This document shows positions 1 through 11,600 of a stretch of 64,000 nucleotides of DNA, in pieces (position 1 is the first letter of the stretch; the number at the start of each line of letters is the position of its first letter). The stretch covers positions 3,613,434-3,677,433 of the forward strand of contig CM082593.2 of the NCBI GenBank assembly GCA_040954595.2, given 5' to 3'. Position numbers and translations under genes: made by a program. Origin of the DNA: Balanoglossus misakiensis. Its lineage: Eukaryota > Animalia > Hemichordata. A model generated the notes under the pieces. The model worked only from the letters and a program-made list of their open reading frames with translations, ran no database searches and was not told where the DNA came from.

Positions 1-861
1 ATCAAGCATAACAGATCACTTGAACTATGGGATGCAAGTACAAAGACTGACCTACCATAAATTTCCATGTAAAGTGACCATACATTACAAGCACTGTACA
101 CCATACATGTACCTTTCCTGACCCTAGGCTGAGTGCCAGACATGGGCTAAATATAGAAACATGGTTCCTTTTTTTATGAGACCAGCAAAATTAACGACTT
201 AATGATCATAAATGTAGCTGGAATCTCATGTTCTTGGCTTGTTATGTTGTGGTTGTTGCCGTTGTTATCTTGGCCTTGTTAATGTTCTGTACATTTCAGT
301 CTTCTGTATTTTGAATTACAGTTGTATCCAATACTCAATAGTTTACAACCTTGAGCTGTCTGGAGCTCCTTTAGTTAACGCTGGCCTTGTCTTGTCTAAT
401 TTCTATTCCAAGGGACACTTATGTAAGTGGATCTGTTGTTACATGACGCGCGGTCTGGCGGTTCCAGACTTTGGCGAAACAGGTCCTGTTTTTTACTTGA
501 TGTTCATGTTTATATACAGCAAGCAAAAAAAAAATAACTGTCTCAATCACCATCATAATAACAACACTGTGTTTTGTTAGGAAGGGTTTTCTTCACTGTT
601 TTTGTCAGCTTGTGTTCGCCCTAGTGAATAAAATAGTGTCCGTCGCGTCGATATCTCGCCCGTGTGGTCTACGTGTACGCGTACGGCGCGCCGACGTGTT
701 CATTTCACAGGCGCTATGTCGCATTTCATTTATGAGAAGTGCGCAAAGCCGGGCAAACACGTGGTTGTTTGATGGATGTACATGATGTTTACGTGACACA
801 CAATATTAAACACATAAATACGTGTAGCTTATGAGAAATATTATACTAAAGTGAAACTCAC

Positions 862-1087
862 CGAAGACTGCAGTTTGCCATTTTAACGATGGAAACAAGA
901 AGAGCGCGTACAGTGACGCAACGTGCAGCAGCCCCATAAGAATAACATTTCTCCAGACGATCTGATACTTCCTCTTCTCCGGAGAATGGTAGTCGATTTC
1001 ATCCGGAATGCTTGTCGCATCGGGTGTCGTCGACCCATGCTCCTCCTCCGTCGCTATCGTTTGAAACACGTCGTTTCTTGGTGGCAT
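862..1087 (-). CDS. SCD: Stearoyl-CoA (delta-9) desaturase, first coding exon; gene continues beyond the left edge of the window
   Basis: MPPRND...KYQIVWRNVILMGLLHVASLYALF...KWQTAVF matches the SCD 'IVWRNVI...LH' first-TM motif. The exon ends at a G|GTGAGT donor (861). No further exon recognised in 1-860. Confidence 0.88.
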
Positions 1088-2663
1088 CTTGGTAGACCTT
1101 CTGAAGAGCTGTGATGATGGTCAACGGCGCGGCGTCAATGTATATACGGATCGGACGTTGAATCGAATATATGTTATCCTGCGCAGCTCAGGTTGTGAAA
1201 CAGGTCGCTGGCTTGAACTTTACTTTCAGGGTTTTGCTATTATTACAATGGGAGTAGAGGCGTTGAAATGACCTTAGATATCCGAACACACACTCTCATC
1301 AATCTAGAATATAGCATCAAAAAATTAAAACTTTTAATCGCATTTGAGTTTAAGATGTAGAGAAATTAATCTAGCACCGGGTTTTGTGATAAGTTTGGTT
1401 CCAATATATGAAAAACGAAAGACAAAGGAGGGGCCAGCTCTCTCACGCATATCACGGATTCATCCGTCGATTGATGCCTACCTACCTCGATAAAGATGGT
1501 TTGGACCAAATCATGTGACGTTTTCCAACAAGACTGCCACACAAATTGATCAGCTGACGGACTGCCTGTGTCACCGGCTTACAATTTTATGCGCCGTGTG
1601 CGTTTATAATTTTGGTGCCCGCTCAGAGATCATGACGCAGCTCAGATTCGATCATGCTCCTAAATTTAGACAGGGAACAATACGTTATATTCAAAGTTCG
1701 TGGGGTTGCGTTACAGTGCAGTGCGCTCAGCCCAGCCAAATCAACAATACGTCATCAGTCCAGGCTACGTACATGTGCTACAATTCAACCTTCTATGTAT
1801 AATAAGTGGGTTAGTTACGTACGAACACACGGTCGAATTATTCAATTACGTTGTATTAAACCATCCCTAAAGTAATCGTGGGGACCAAATAGACAGTCCG
1901 TTCGTATGTTTATTCATCAATTTCCCTTTTTGAAACGGATAAGGTCAATCACCAATTTCTCTTTTCGAAACATACATGTCGGGAAAACATGGATAGCTTG
2001 AGCTTATCATGTAGAAAGAAAATGCAATCTGGTGAGAGAGAAAAAAAAACAGTTGCAATTAAATTGCTTATCACAACACTGCACATATGCATTCACTTTT
2101 GAGAACTTTCTTTTCACGTTTTCTCGAACTTTAATCAAAACATGTCATGCGATTCTCTAGAGGGCGCCCCTACTACTGTGCAGATGTAGGAGGGACGGGT
2201 TAAAGGGCCATGATCGTCTTATGCGCTTGTGCCAAACCAGAGACTATGTTGGACTTCAATGCCTCATCACTTAACTAATAAATATAGAGGACCATATGTT
2301 AGCTCCGCATAGTCTTATTTTGGTCTTTGTCCATTTCGCACTCTCACATTCGAAAATGTGACGTATGGTCATGTATTTCCAATTCTCAAATACCCACCGT
2401 TTAATTGAAGGGTGCTAAAAACACAAGCGACCCATACGGTCCAACGCGCTTAACCACCTGTGAAATTTGCAGGCGCAGTCAGCGCATCATTATTCACTGC
2501 TAATAAGGTTTTTTTGTTCGTGTTGTTCTCAAGAGGTTTGCCCATTAACGCCGGTTGAAAAACATGTCTTGTTTGATCCTTTCAATGTCTTACCCTCAGA
2601 ATTAATGATGTACGGGATGACCCAAGCGACAAAGGTTTGTCCCAGGATGTGAACAAGTCAGTG

Positions 2664-2673
2664 GTCACGTGAT
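2664..2673. promoter_or_regulatory. GTCACGTGAT extended E-box (USF/MiT-TFE/SREBP type) in the divergent SCD/SOD intergenic region
   Basis: Motif lies ~125 bp upstream of the SOD ATG in a CpG-retaining region; function is inferred only. Confidence 0.35.
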
Positions 2674-2798
2674 AGGACGAATAAAATTCGAAGTCTAGGT
2701 GCGTAACCCCGGTAGTCTAATAAACCCCGAAACTTCTACATGTTACAGAACAGACTGTGTAGTAGGACACTCGGCGGTGATCGAATCGTATCGAAGCA

Positions 2799-5011
2799 AT
2801 GGCGAACAAATCTCTCCTCGTTCTGACAATCGTGTTAGGTAAGTAAGCCATTATTACAACCCAGCGTAATAATTAATTTTACTCATTTAGCGTGGAACAA
2901 AATCCACGCTAAAATATAAACCTTTTAAAATTATTATTGTTTCTGTAATTTCACCAGTATGGACGGTATTATACTGTACGACCAGTTCTTCAACATTCCA
3001 TTATCAGTTCGTCGTCATGGATGTTAAATTGTTTTGTTTTTTTATTTGATTGTCCAATAATCAGTATACTATCCTCACATTAGCTTTGATGAAGAAATTC
3101 CAAAGAGTCGAAAGTATACGTAAAGTACATGATCACCAATGGAATTACCTATCGTGGCATAGGGCCATAATGCCATACGAACATACACGGCTATGAACAG
3201 ATGTGTTTTACATCTTGATGTGTGCAGTTTAAAGCCGACCATCTGTAATTTCACAGTCTTGTACAATTTTAATTCCGTTGAATCAAAACAAGCGTTGGCT
3301 GCTCCGAATTGAACGAATAAATGACATAACGCATCGTTTTATTTCACTTTCAGCATGTGCTGCAGGCTGTATCAACGGTAAGCATAGTAACATTATGTTT
3401 GCGGAAAGTGTGATTTTAAGGATAAAATGTGGGGAAAAAATTATTTTCATTGTCAACATATGTCAGCGTAAACGCATGTTTCAAAATGGCGCAAATACAA
3501 CACAGAGAAGCTAGGGGCATAACTCTTATGAAGGCAGGTTTAGGAAAGTCACTTGACTGGCCGCCACTATAGACGGGTTTGACTGTATATGGCTATTGCA
3601 GTTTTGCCACCTTCTCACAAATTGAACGACATTTCTGTGTGTTTTAAAGGTGAAAAGTTCTACGGGTTCTGCAGTGTCATGCCCAACAAAAACTACGACG
3701 GTCCACAGGTAACAGGCGACATCAAATTGACACAAGAGGTGAGTGAGAGTGAAATAAGAATGTCACAAACTTCATTTTCTGTTATAGTTGCATTGTACCA
3801 ATAGCAGAGAAGCGGACAAATATTATAGGGTCATGCCGCAGCTCAGCTGGTCAACGTAAATTGTTTGGGGCATCTACGTTGCACACCTGTGCAAATAACT
3901 AATTGACCAATCACACGTGTTGTGATCTAGTACGGGAATGTATTGACCAATCAAAATTATTGGTGTCTAAATTAATTGGCCGAACGGTGACAATCGCGCG
4001 AATGTCGGTGCATGCTGTTTGTTTGCGCCGAAGGTCGGTCTATTTTTAACCGGAGCACAAAGTCAACGCTATTTCACAAGATTCAATGTGGCGTGTTCTA
4101 AATTACAGACCAGTACTTCCTTTATGTAATATTAATTTTATTTTTTTTGTGTTCCAGATTGGTCACCTGGCTACTCTTGATGAAATAACAATTGAAGTTA
4201 ATTTGAAGGGGTTTGATCCCACCAAGAACAAGTTACACGGCTTCCATGTCCACCAACACGGAGATCTGAGCAACGGCTGCCAGTCCACAGGTGGACACTA
4301 CAACCCATTCGGAAAAAATCATGGCGCTCCCGATGACATGGAAAGGTATAGCCACTGGAACTTTGATATGTCAACATACATTTGTGCACGCACACACGGG
4401 CACACACCACACACACATATATACATACGTACGTACATACATTCATAGATACATAACTTTATTTATTTTATATGTGCTCTCACCATAGACACGTTGGTGA
4501 CCTAGGTAACGTGGAGGTTGATTCTGAGGGAAACGTCAATACTGTAATCAAAGATGAGATGATTCACTTGGTGGGCAAGTACTCAGTAATGGGAAGAGCG
4601 ATCGTGGTGAGTTGATAATCAGTCTCTACCGTTTATTCATTTAGGCGAGATTTTGACTTCATATTCTACGAACGGGATGGAAGTTGTGTGCGGTCGAACG
4701 TTGATTCACTATATATCCACATGTAGAATAACGTACATAAACGGTGTCTTGTGTCAATCAACTAAAGATAGACTTTGTCCCTTTAAAGTTGGTTGGGTAT
4801 CCCTGAACAGTGAGAACAGTGCCAATGGTTAGTAAAGTCGCACACGCGCAGATCAGACGACCCTCTTTAAACGTTTGATGTTCTTGTTACACAGATTCAC
4901 GAGGGAACTGATGATCTTGGCAGAAAGGGCGGTGAGGGCAGCATGACCACCGGCAATGCCGGGCCCCGCATGGCATGCTGTGTGATCGGAACAAGTCCAG
5001 GTCCAAAATGA
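2799..5011 (+). CDS. SOD3: Secreted (SOD3-like) Cu/Zn superoxide dismutase, 6 exons, 191 aa
   Basis: Exons 2799-2838, 3354-3377, 3650-3738, 4158-4345, 4489-4606, 4895-5011 are all GT-AG and in frame (576 nt). Signal peptide [19 protein letters not shown]; metal ligands [27 protein letters not shown]; C-terminal [13 protein letters not shown]. Confidence 0.92.
4627..4786 (+). repeat. Interspersed repeat fragment, copy 1 (SOD intron 5)
   Basis: Shares blocks 'tttattcattt..gcgagattt', 'gttgattcactatatatccacatgt' and 'gactttgtccct.taa' with 32949-33112; ends ...gtccctTTAA like the end of a TTAA-targeting DNA transposon. Confidence 0.7.
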
Positions 5012-5941
5012 ACCCATGCACATTAAAATCAGTACCAGCTTTATCTACATGTCACAATAAGTATGCAGTCAGCCTCACCGCGTAGTTTGGTCAATACACA
5101 ACCCTTTCTAACCCCTGAACTGTCAGAGATTATTTATCCAATAGTGTGGTTATTGTCGTTGTACATTTTTTTTAACCACCAGAGAGAATATTAAAAGTCT
5201 TGATCAACATCCAGAAAATGTGCGCCGATTTGCATGCATTTTACGCAGCGCCCCTGCAGCAGAACGTCGCGAGTTGCGGCCGCGTTGATTGAAACCGTGC
5301 GAAACCCATCTTCGTTCCTTTCGACATATACTTTAAATATGGTTATAAAACTGGGGTTTCCATATAAATGGCAATTTTTGTTTCGATCAGTCAGTAAACC
5401 TTTATTACAACACATCGCTGAATCTTGCAGTGACGTCACTAAAGAGTTCACAACACAACTGTTTGCCGTTGTCGTGAGACCACGATTAGCAATCAAATAT
5501 TACATGTATTATAACATCTCGTGTCAAGAGTTCATACGCCTGTAGTCAATGGTTAACTAAAAAAGTCAAATGTCACGGAGAGACAGGGAGTTCCTTGCAA
5601 CATAATGACGCGCATGGGAAGACATTACCCGTATTATTACACCACAATCCAGGGATTGTAATCGTGATTACACCGTTGAACTACAGATGTGAAGAGATGA
5701 AGTTTGAGACCAGGTTTGCCTGTGATAGTCAGCGAACAGAACGATAACGTTCCCGGAGTCTTTTGGCTGCATTTCAAATACATACAGACACCAATTCAAC
5801 GTTCTGCAATTCAATTACAGTTTAACTATGCATGGAGGTGGGTGTTTCGGTCTCAGTGGAGCTGTACCCACCAACAGGTAATTGTGAGGTTGTGTCAGGC
5901 CACAGGTGGTCAGACAGGAAGTTTGACGTCATGGTTCTAAA

Positions 5942-7078
5942 ATGACACCTGTCTGGATGAACAGAAGGCGTAAGATGATGTCGATTGTAATGAGTGTGAC
6001 CGCCGTAATTTGTCTTCTGGCGTTCAGCAAGTCAACCCTGTTTCAAAAGCAATTATCAGCGGTGTTTATTAATGGTACTGGTTTGATATCCGACCAGACC
6101 TATTTGAAATTGGCCAAAGATGACGACGACGATTTGCGCCGCAGAATAAACCGTGAAACGCACACTCAAGAACACGGGCCTATGTTGCAAGCCAATATGA
6201 ACAGAAATTCTTCTGAGGAAAATAGCACTATACGAAGTAATACCATGCATCCGCGGGCACTAAAATCCCACCGACCAATCGTTCCGAATATTGCTCATTA
6301 CGTATGGTTTAGCAACCACGCGTTTCGCTTCGATCACTTAATTAGCATGTTAAGCGCACAAAAATTCATGCAGCCGGACAAAATTTACTTCCACACCGAT
6401 TGCGAACCTAACGGAGAGCACTGGGATGAGGCGAAACAGAAACTAGGGAGAGTTCTGCAGATTTTGAAAAGGGATAGACCTACCCGGGTTTTCAACCGCA
6501 CCTTGGTTCACCTGGAGCACAGCTCGGACGTGGCCAGGTTGGAGATCCTCGCCCAATATGGCGGCGTCTACATGGACCTGGACATCATCGTTTTGAAGTC
6601 GCTGGAACCTCTGCGCCGCTATGGCTTCGTGATGGGGCGAGAGAGCATCGTCGGCCTCAACAACGGGATAATCATCTCGTCCAAAGACTCAGAATTCCTC
6701 CAGTTGTATCACCAAGGTTACCGCCACTACAATGCAGAGTGCTGGAACTGTAATTCTGTGTTATACCCCCACAGTCTAGCCAAAGACTACCCTCATCTCA
6801 TCCACATCGAAGAAACATCTCTGGTGCAGCCGACACACAGGCAGACCGATTTAATATATTTTGGCCATTTCCCGTGGTGGGAAGGCCACTATACTGTCCA
6901 CACATGGATAAGACTTATCCTTAAAAGGGGACACATTCAGATCACATTCACAAGGGACAATATCCTGGCGTTGGACACAGCATTCGGGGAAATGTGTCGT
7001 TATATTTATCTGGGAAATGCAAAGATGACAGAAAATATCCATCACGTAGATGACGCATTCTGGACGCATGTAGTTTAA
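5942..7078 (+). CDS. GT32-family (alpha-1,4-GlcNAc/Gal transferase-like) DxD glycosyltransferase, type II membrane protein, intronless CDS, 378 aa
   Basis: Basic N-tail RRRK plus TM (SIVMSVTAVICLLAFS), stem, IVPNIAHYVW, HSSDVARLEILAQYGGVYMDLD (GGVYxDxD signature). AATAAA at 7171. Confidence 0.88.
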   Translation: MTPVWMNRRRKMMSIVMSVTAVICLLAFSKSTLFQKQLSAVFINGTGLISDQTYLKLAKDDDDDLRRRINRETHTQEHGPMLQANMNRNSSEENSTIRSNTMHPRALKSHRPIVPNIAHYVWFSNHAFRFDHLISMLSAQKFMQPDKIYFHTDCEPNGEHWDEAKQKLGRVLQILKRDRPTRVFNRTLVHLEHSSDVARLEILAQYGGVYMDLDIIVLKSLEPLRRYGFVMGRESIVGLNNGIIISSKDSEFLQLYHQGYRHYNAECWNCNSVLYPHSLAKDYPHLIHIEETSLVQPTHRQTDLIYFGHFPWWEGHYTVHTWIRLILKRGHIQITFTRDNILALDTAFGEMCRYIYLGNAKMTENIHHVDDAFWTHVV

Positions 7079-8118
7079 ACCCTCAGTTTAATCACCGTAT
7101 GGTTGGACCTTAAGAGGGAAATCGGATGTTAAAGGGGCATACATTATGCACAATTGACCTTATGTTTCCCAATAAAAAATTCCTGCACGTGCTAGCAGTT
7201 TTTATTTAAAGAAATGCCCTCGTCAACAAATATGAAGCAGCTCTTTAAAAGACTATATACCAAAACGCACAACCAAAAAACCAATTCAGCGAAATAGCTA
7301 GTAGCTTAAAAACCAAAAGAAGAAATCTAAAGCCCAGATATAGGGAACTCTTACCTGAAGAGTATATCTTTCTTTGAAGCCCGGGTATAAGGTAACTCGA
7401 CCATGTATATAAATACGCAGCTGTTTATTGGATTAAACTTGATTCTCTTTAGCTCTTTTCTTGCACTTTTAACATCTTCCTTGGTTTGTGTGCTAGACAC
7501 AGGAGCCGGGGCACATGGCAGTCGGAACCACGTCAGGGAAACGATAATTTCGACGCTGGGGGCGCTGTTGAGAAAGGGACACTCCAAAACTATTGAACAA
7601 CTAATTTGATTAGAAGATTGGAGCAACTTTTTTGTATTCCTCATTTTTATTTGACACCGTCATCTGCTTGGCAGGTTTTGCATTTCTGACGCTCAACTTT
7701 TGATGGTGAAATTGGACGAAGAAATATATGAAATATATACAACATCTTATGTGATATGAATGATGTTAATAATTAAATCAAAGAGGAAATAGACACGCGC
7801 CATAAAAATGTCATGAATTATGATAAATTGACCAGGCTTTTCCGATTTAATGATAGCCGATAAGTGCAAAATGTGATGCCATCGTCTATTAACAGGTGTT
7901 CGGTGATCAGTGGCCTTGAAAGCAAACAATCACTTCCTGGAATTCACATACACAGATTGCATCCATTAATATTTATGTGTTACGCATTTAATTTGTCAAG
8001 TTGTAATGTCTACTCCGAGGGTTAAAAATAGCAATGAGTTGAAAATTTATAATCGTACTATGAATCATCAACATAATTTCAAAATTTTGAAACCATAAAT
8101 GTTTCATTATTTATGAAT

Positions 8119-8143
8119 GTATGTATGTATGTATGTATGTATG
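8119..8143. repeat. (TATG)n microsatellite
   Basis: gtatgtatgtatgtatgtatgtatg just downstream of the caspase stop codon. Confidence 0.8.
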
Positions 8144-8309
8144 CAATAAAACTTTCCTTGGGGTTGCAGGTTTAGTACACCAATTTCTGTACTGACAGAA
8201 GCAATATTTACAGCTTCTGTTGAGATATATAACTTTTACACTCCAGAGAGCACAAGATTGTGTTCTTCAGGTAAATATTCCATGGTCTTATTTTCTATCT
8301 ATTTTCTTT

Positions 8310-8645
8310 TTACTGATTTTTGAAGAAGAGTCTTTTTCTCAGCGTGTACTGCGGCGCCGGTACCTGCACGTATCCCGTGCTGCTCTCCTGGGAGACGGTG
8401 TCATTTACGACCGTCAGGATGTCCAGGATGTGAAGCCGGTCACTGTACTTTTCCAGCGCTTCCACCAGCGCTCCGACGTACCAGGACCCCTGCGAGGTGT
8501 CCCGGTAGGAGACGAACCCCGGCACGGTGGCATAGCCCAGCAGGAAGTCGGCCTGGTCCGGAATGACGCTGGTCATGCCGACGGATTCCACTGATTCCAC
8601 GGAATCCTCCTCTATGCCTTCCTGTCTCTCCTCATTCTGGCATGC
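8310..8645 (-). CDS. LRR-caspase coding exon 3 (catalytic Cys, intersubunit linker, p10)
   Basis: Acceptor tttttctccag|GCA TGC CAG AAT = ACQN; linker EGIEED/SVES; p10 IPDQADFLLGYATV...QVPAPQYTLRKRLFFKNQ*. Confidence 0.92.
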   Translation of the reverse strand, partial: ACQNEERQEGIEEDSVESVESVGMTSVIPDQADFLLGYATVPGFVSYRDTSQGSWYVGALVEALEKYSDRLHILDILTVVNDTVSQESSTGYVQVPAPQYTLRKRLFFKNQ

Positions 8646-11600
8646 CTGGAGAAAAAAAAAATAGGAAAACGGGAAAAAAAGTCAGAAACTTGATAGACAT
8701 GCAGAGAGATTGATGATTTAAAGGTACTTTCATGAATGACAGGTTATTTCCCTCTACATCAAGACACACTGACTAACCATCAAACCAGCTTTGCAAGAAG
8801 CTTGCGAACGAGAAAAAAATAAAAACACCACCCTACATGTGGTTATGAAAAAATACTTTTTCCTTTAACCAAAATACAAACAGGAAAAATAGTGGACATG
8901 TTCCCACCTGGATGAAGAACAGTTTCGGTTTTCCTCTCAGAGTTGGACACCTTGACGACGTGAACGTCCCAGTGATGTCGCTGATTCTGACCGCGATCCC
9001 ATCACTGCCGTACACGGAACCCAGAGACCCATGCGTAAGGATACAACAGACAAAGGTGTCGTACGCCTTGTGGTCCTCTTGACTCATTCGTATCAATGCG
9101 CTCATCATGTCGTCGGAACTTAGATCCTCCAGGACCCGGACTTCGTACTTCAGTTGTGTGAAAATGGACGCTAGTTTCTCTGTGAAGTAAAAAAAAAATC
9201 AAAGGAAATATCAGTCAATTCTGTTACAAACACACGCATGAAACATGGTTTTAAAGACAAAATACATTATGATTTTTGATGGTCACCAGTAGCAGGGTCA
9301 TTATATACAAACTACAACCCATAATTGGTGTTTTTTCTATCCACTGTGAGTCATTAGAAATCGATTAATACTTTGGTTGACAAGAAACTTTAGACTCTGT
9401 TTTGAGTCGTAAAATACAATACATGGCTTCTTGAGGCATGATCTATTTGTATATCAGTATACTGAAATTAATTGAACCAGATTTTGCATCTACCTAATCA
9501 TGCAATACCAAAAACACATGTCGCCGACGCTAATCAATCAATATTGAAATCAACTGAAGTATGACTTCTGGCTGAGAGACCATTAATCAAACAATGCATG
9601 CACCTGTGATTGTGAATGTATGCGAGTCATTTTAATAGTACAAGTGAACTAGCTTTGAGGCTGAGATTATTGAACGACGGCCAACTTGAGTTACTTAACA
9701 GTAAACACCCAGAATGCAATAGTTGCCAGGGTCTATGGCTGATCTGCTGAGACTGTATGGACTCTTTAATACACTGTAGGCTGACATGATTATGTGATCT
9801 TCACGGGTTCAAAAGTCAGTCGTATGTTAGAAACCTAGGAATTTACATCGCTGGGAGTCTGAGCTTTAGCAGCCAGCTGACAGTTTAACCATGTTGGCGC
9901 CATTGTTTGGTCTAAGTTCATTTTAAGATAGGTTTGATCTGTAATATGTACTTAACCCTTTCACCCCCAGTTCCCTCTTTAGAAGGCCAACCTGACCATA
10001 GAAAACAATGGGTTTGGACTGAACCATGGCGGTGAAAGGGCTACAGGGACAGAAACTACCACCTTCAGATTCTTGTGTTTCTGTTTCTACAAAAGCAAAA
10101 ACGTTACACAATGTCCCAAGGAAAAACAAATCCCTCCTCTGACAAAGAGTAAAGTCTTGAAGGGTTTTAAGTTGAATGCAGTGCAAATGGAGTCAAAATA
10201 ATGAGATTTGTGTGTAACACTCGGAAAACACTGAACTCAGGATAGGTGATCCACCTCTATAATAGGGATGGCAATGTGTATTGTGTATTAATTAAAGATC
10301 ACACACTAAACACACAAATATTCTTCAGGTCAACAACAGTGATTATATAATATTCCTTTCCATTTCAATTCACGGTCAACATATGCCATAGAATTATCAG
10401 AATTTCACTCAACTGTCTCTGACTCTCCTATTCAATTGTGGCTGTACTACAGTTGTATCCAGTTCTTTTGTTGTCATGACAACATCAATTTGCAGCTAAT
10501 CATCTGCTCCATTATGCACGTAGAAAGAATCCATATTGATTCTTGTCGTACCAGAAAGTGACATTCAAATGATTAATTTGAGATAATGGTGGATGTAAGG
10601 CTGGATAAACCACCTGGATCAAAGGATTAGCAGATTTCCTTGAGTATATCTATTATGCATAAGCCTGGCACTAACTGGGGGCATTGAACTTTCATTGCGT
10701 TAGCCAGACAAAGTCCAGAAAATAATGTTTGGTCTTTTCAAAACCTGTAATGCATTTATACGCAGTGAAGCTGAAAATGGTGATAAATTTTTAGCTGACA
10801 GTGCAATAATAGTTTTTCAGCTTTTTTTCCTTTGTTGATGAACGGCTGACCGTTCCAGCACAATAAAGGATTGTTTGATGAGGTTTCTGTTGTACATGTA
10901 CGCACCACAGAACAGAATTATTCTTGCCAACTCTCCTATGTTTGTCCACTGGATGCCCTATTGTCCAGTTTTGCTTCAATGCAATGTCCATTATTCATCG
11001 CTGTATGGCCAGACAGACCCCGCCAGATCAGAAATCAATAGAATTGTGTGTGATGGGGTTTAGGAAGGCCAGCGAACGTACATGTAGCTACAAAGTGATA
11101 TAAAGAAGGAAAGTTGTTCTCACAATGTGGCATGCGAACACCCTGTATGACGTACAACACTTTGCTTGTTTTACAAATGTTTTTTTAAACTTTTGAATAT
11201 CAAATCAGATTCTTTGAATCAAACAGCAAACAAAAACAGCCAGTACAATGTTGTTGATGTTACCATGACTACAACTCGGCACCCTCCAGTTGACTATAGC
11301 CAGTTTAAAAATTGCTGGTTCATTTTAAGTGAGTGAAAATTGGAATTTTACCTCTGCTGGCAAGAGTCAATCGGCCCTTAGCTACCAAATTATGCACTAC
11401 TTTAAAGTGTAACTTACAGATCAATTTGCAGATCACGATCTCTTTGGGCTGTCAATTAAAATTGACTAATTAGCCGTGCATAATTGCTGGCAATCAATAT
11501 TAATTAAAATTTCATTAAGTACAGACAAACTCCTTGAGGGATCCAGACGAAGATTCTTTCAGTGGATGTACACTAGCTTTGATGTCTAAAGCAACAATCT

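Noticed and set aside
5942-7078. Horizontal transfer of the intronless glycosyltransferase
   Set aside because: It has animal Golgi type II topology, and single-exon CDSs are common among animal glycosyltransferases; nothing in the sequence points to a bacterial origin.
8220-8594. 124-aa plus-strand ORF
   Set aside because: Antisense shadow of caspase exon 3.
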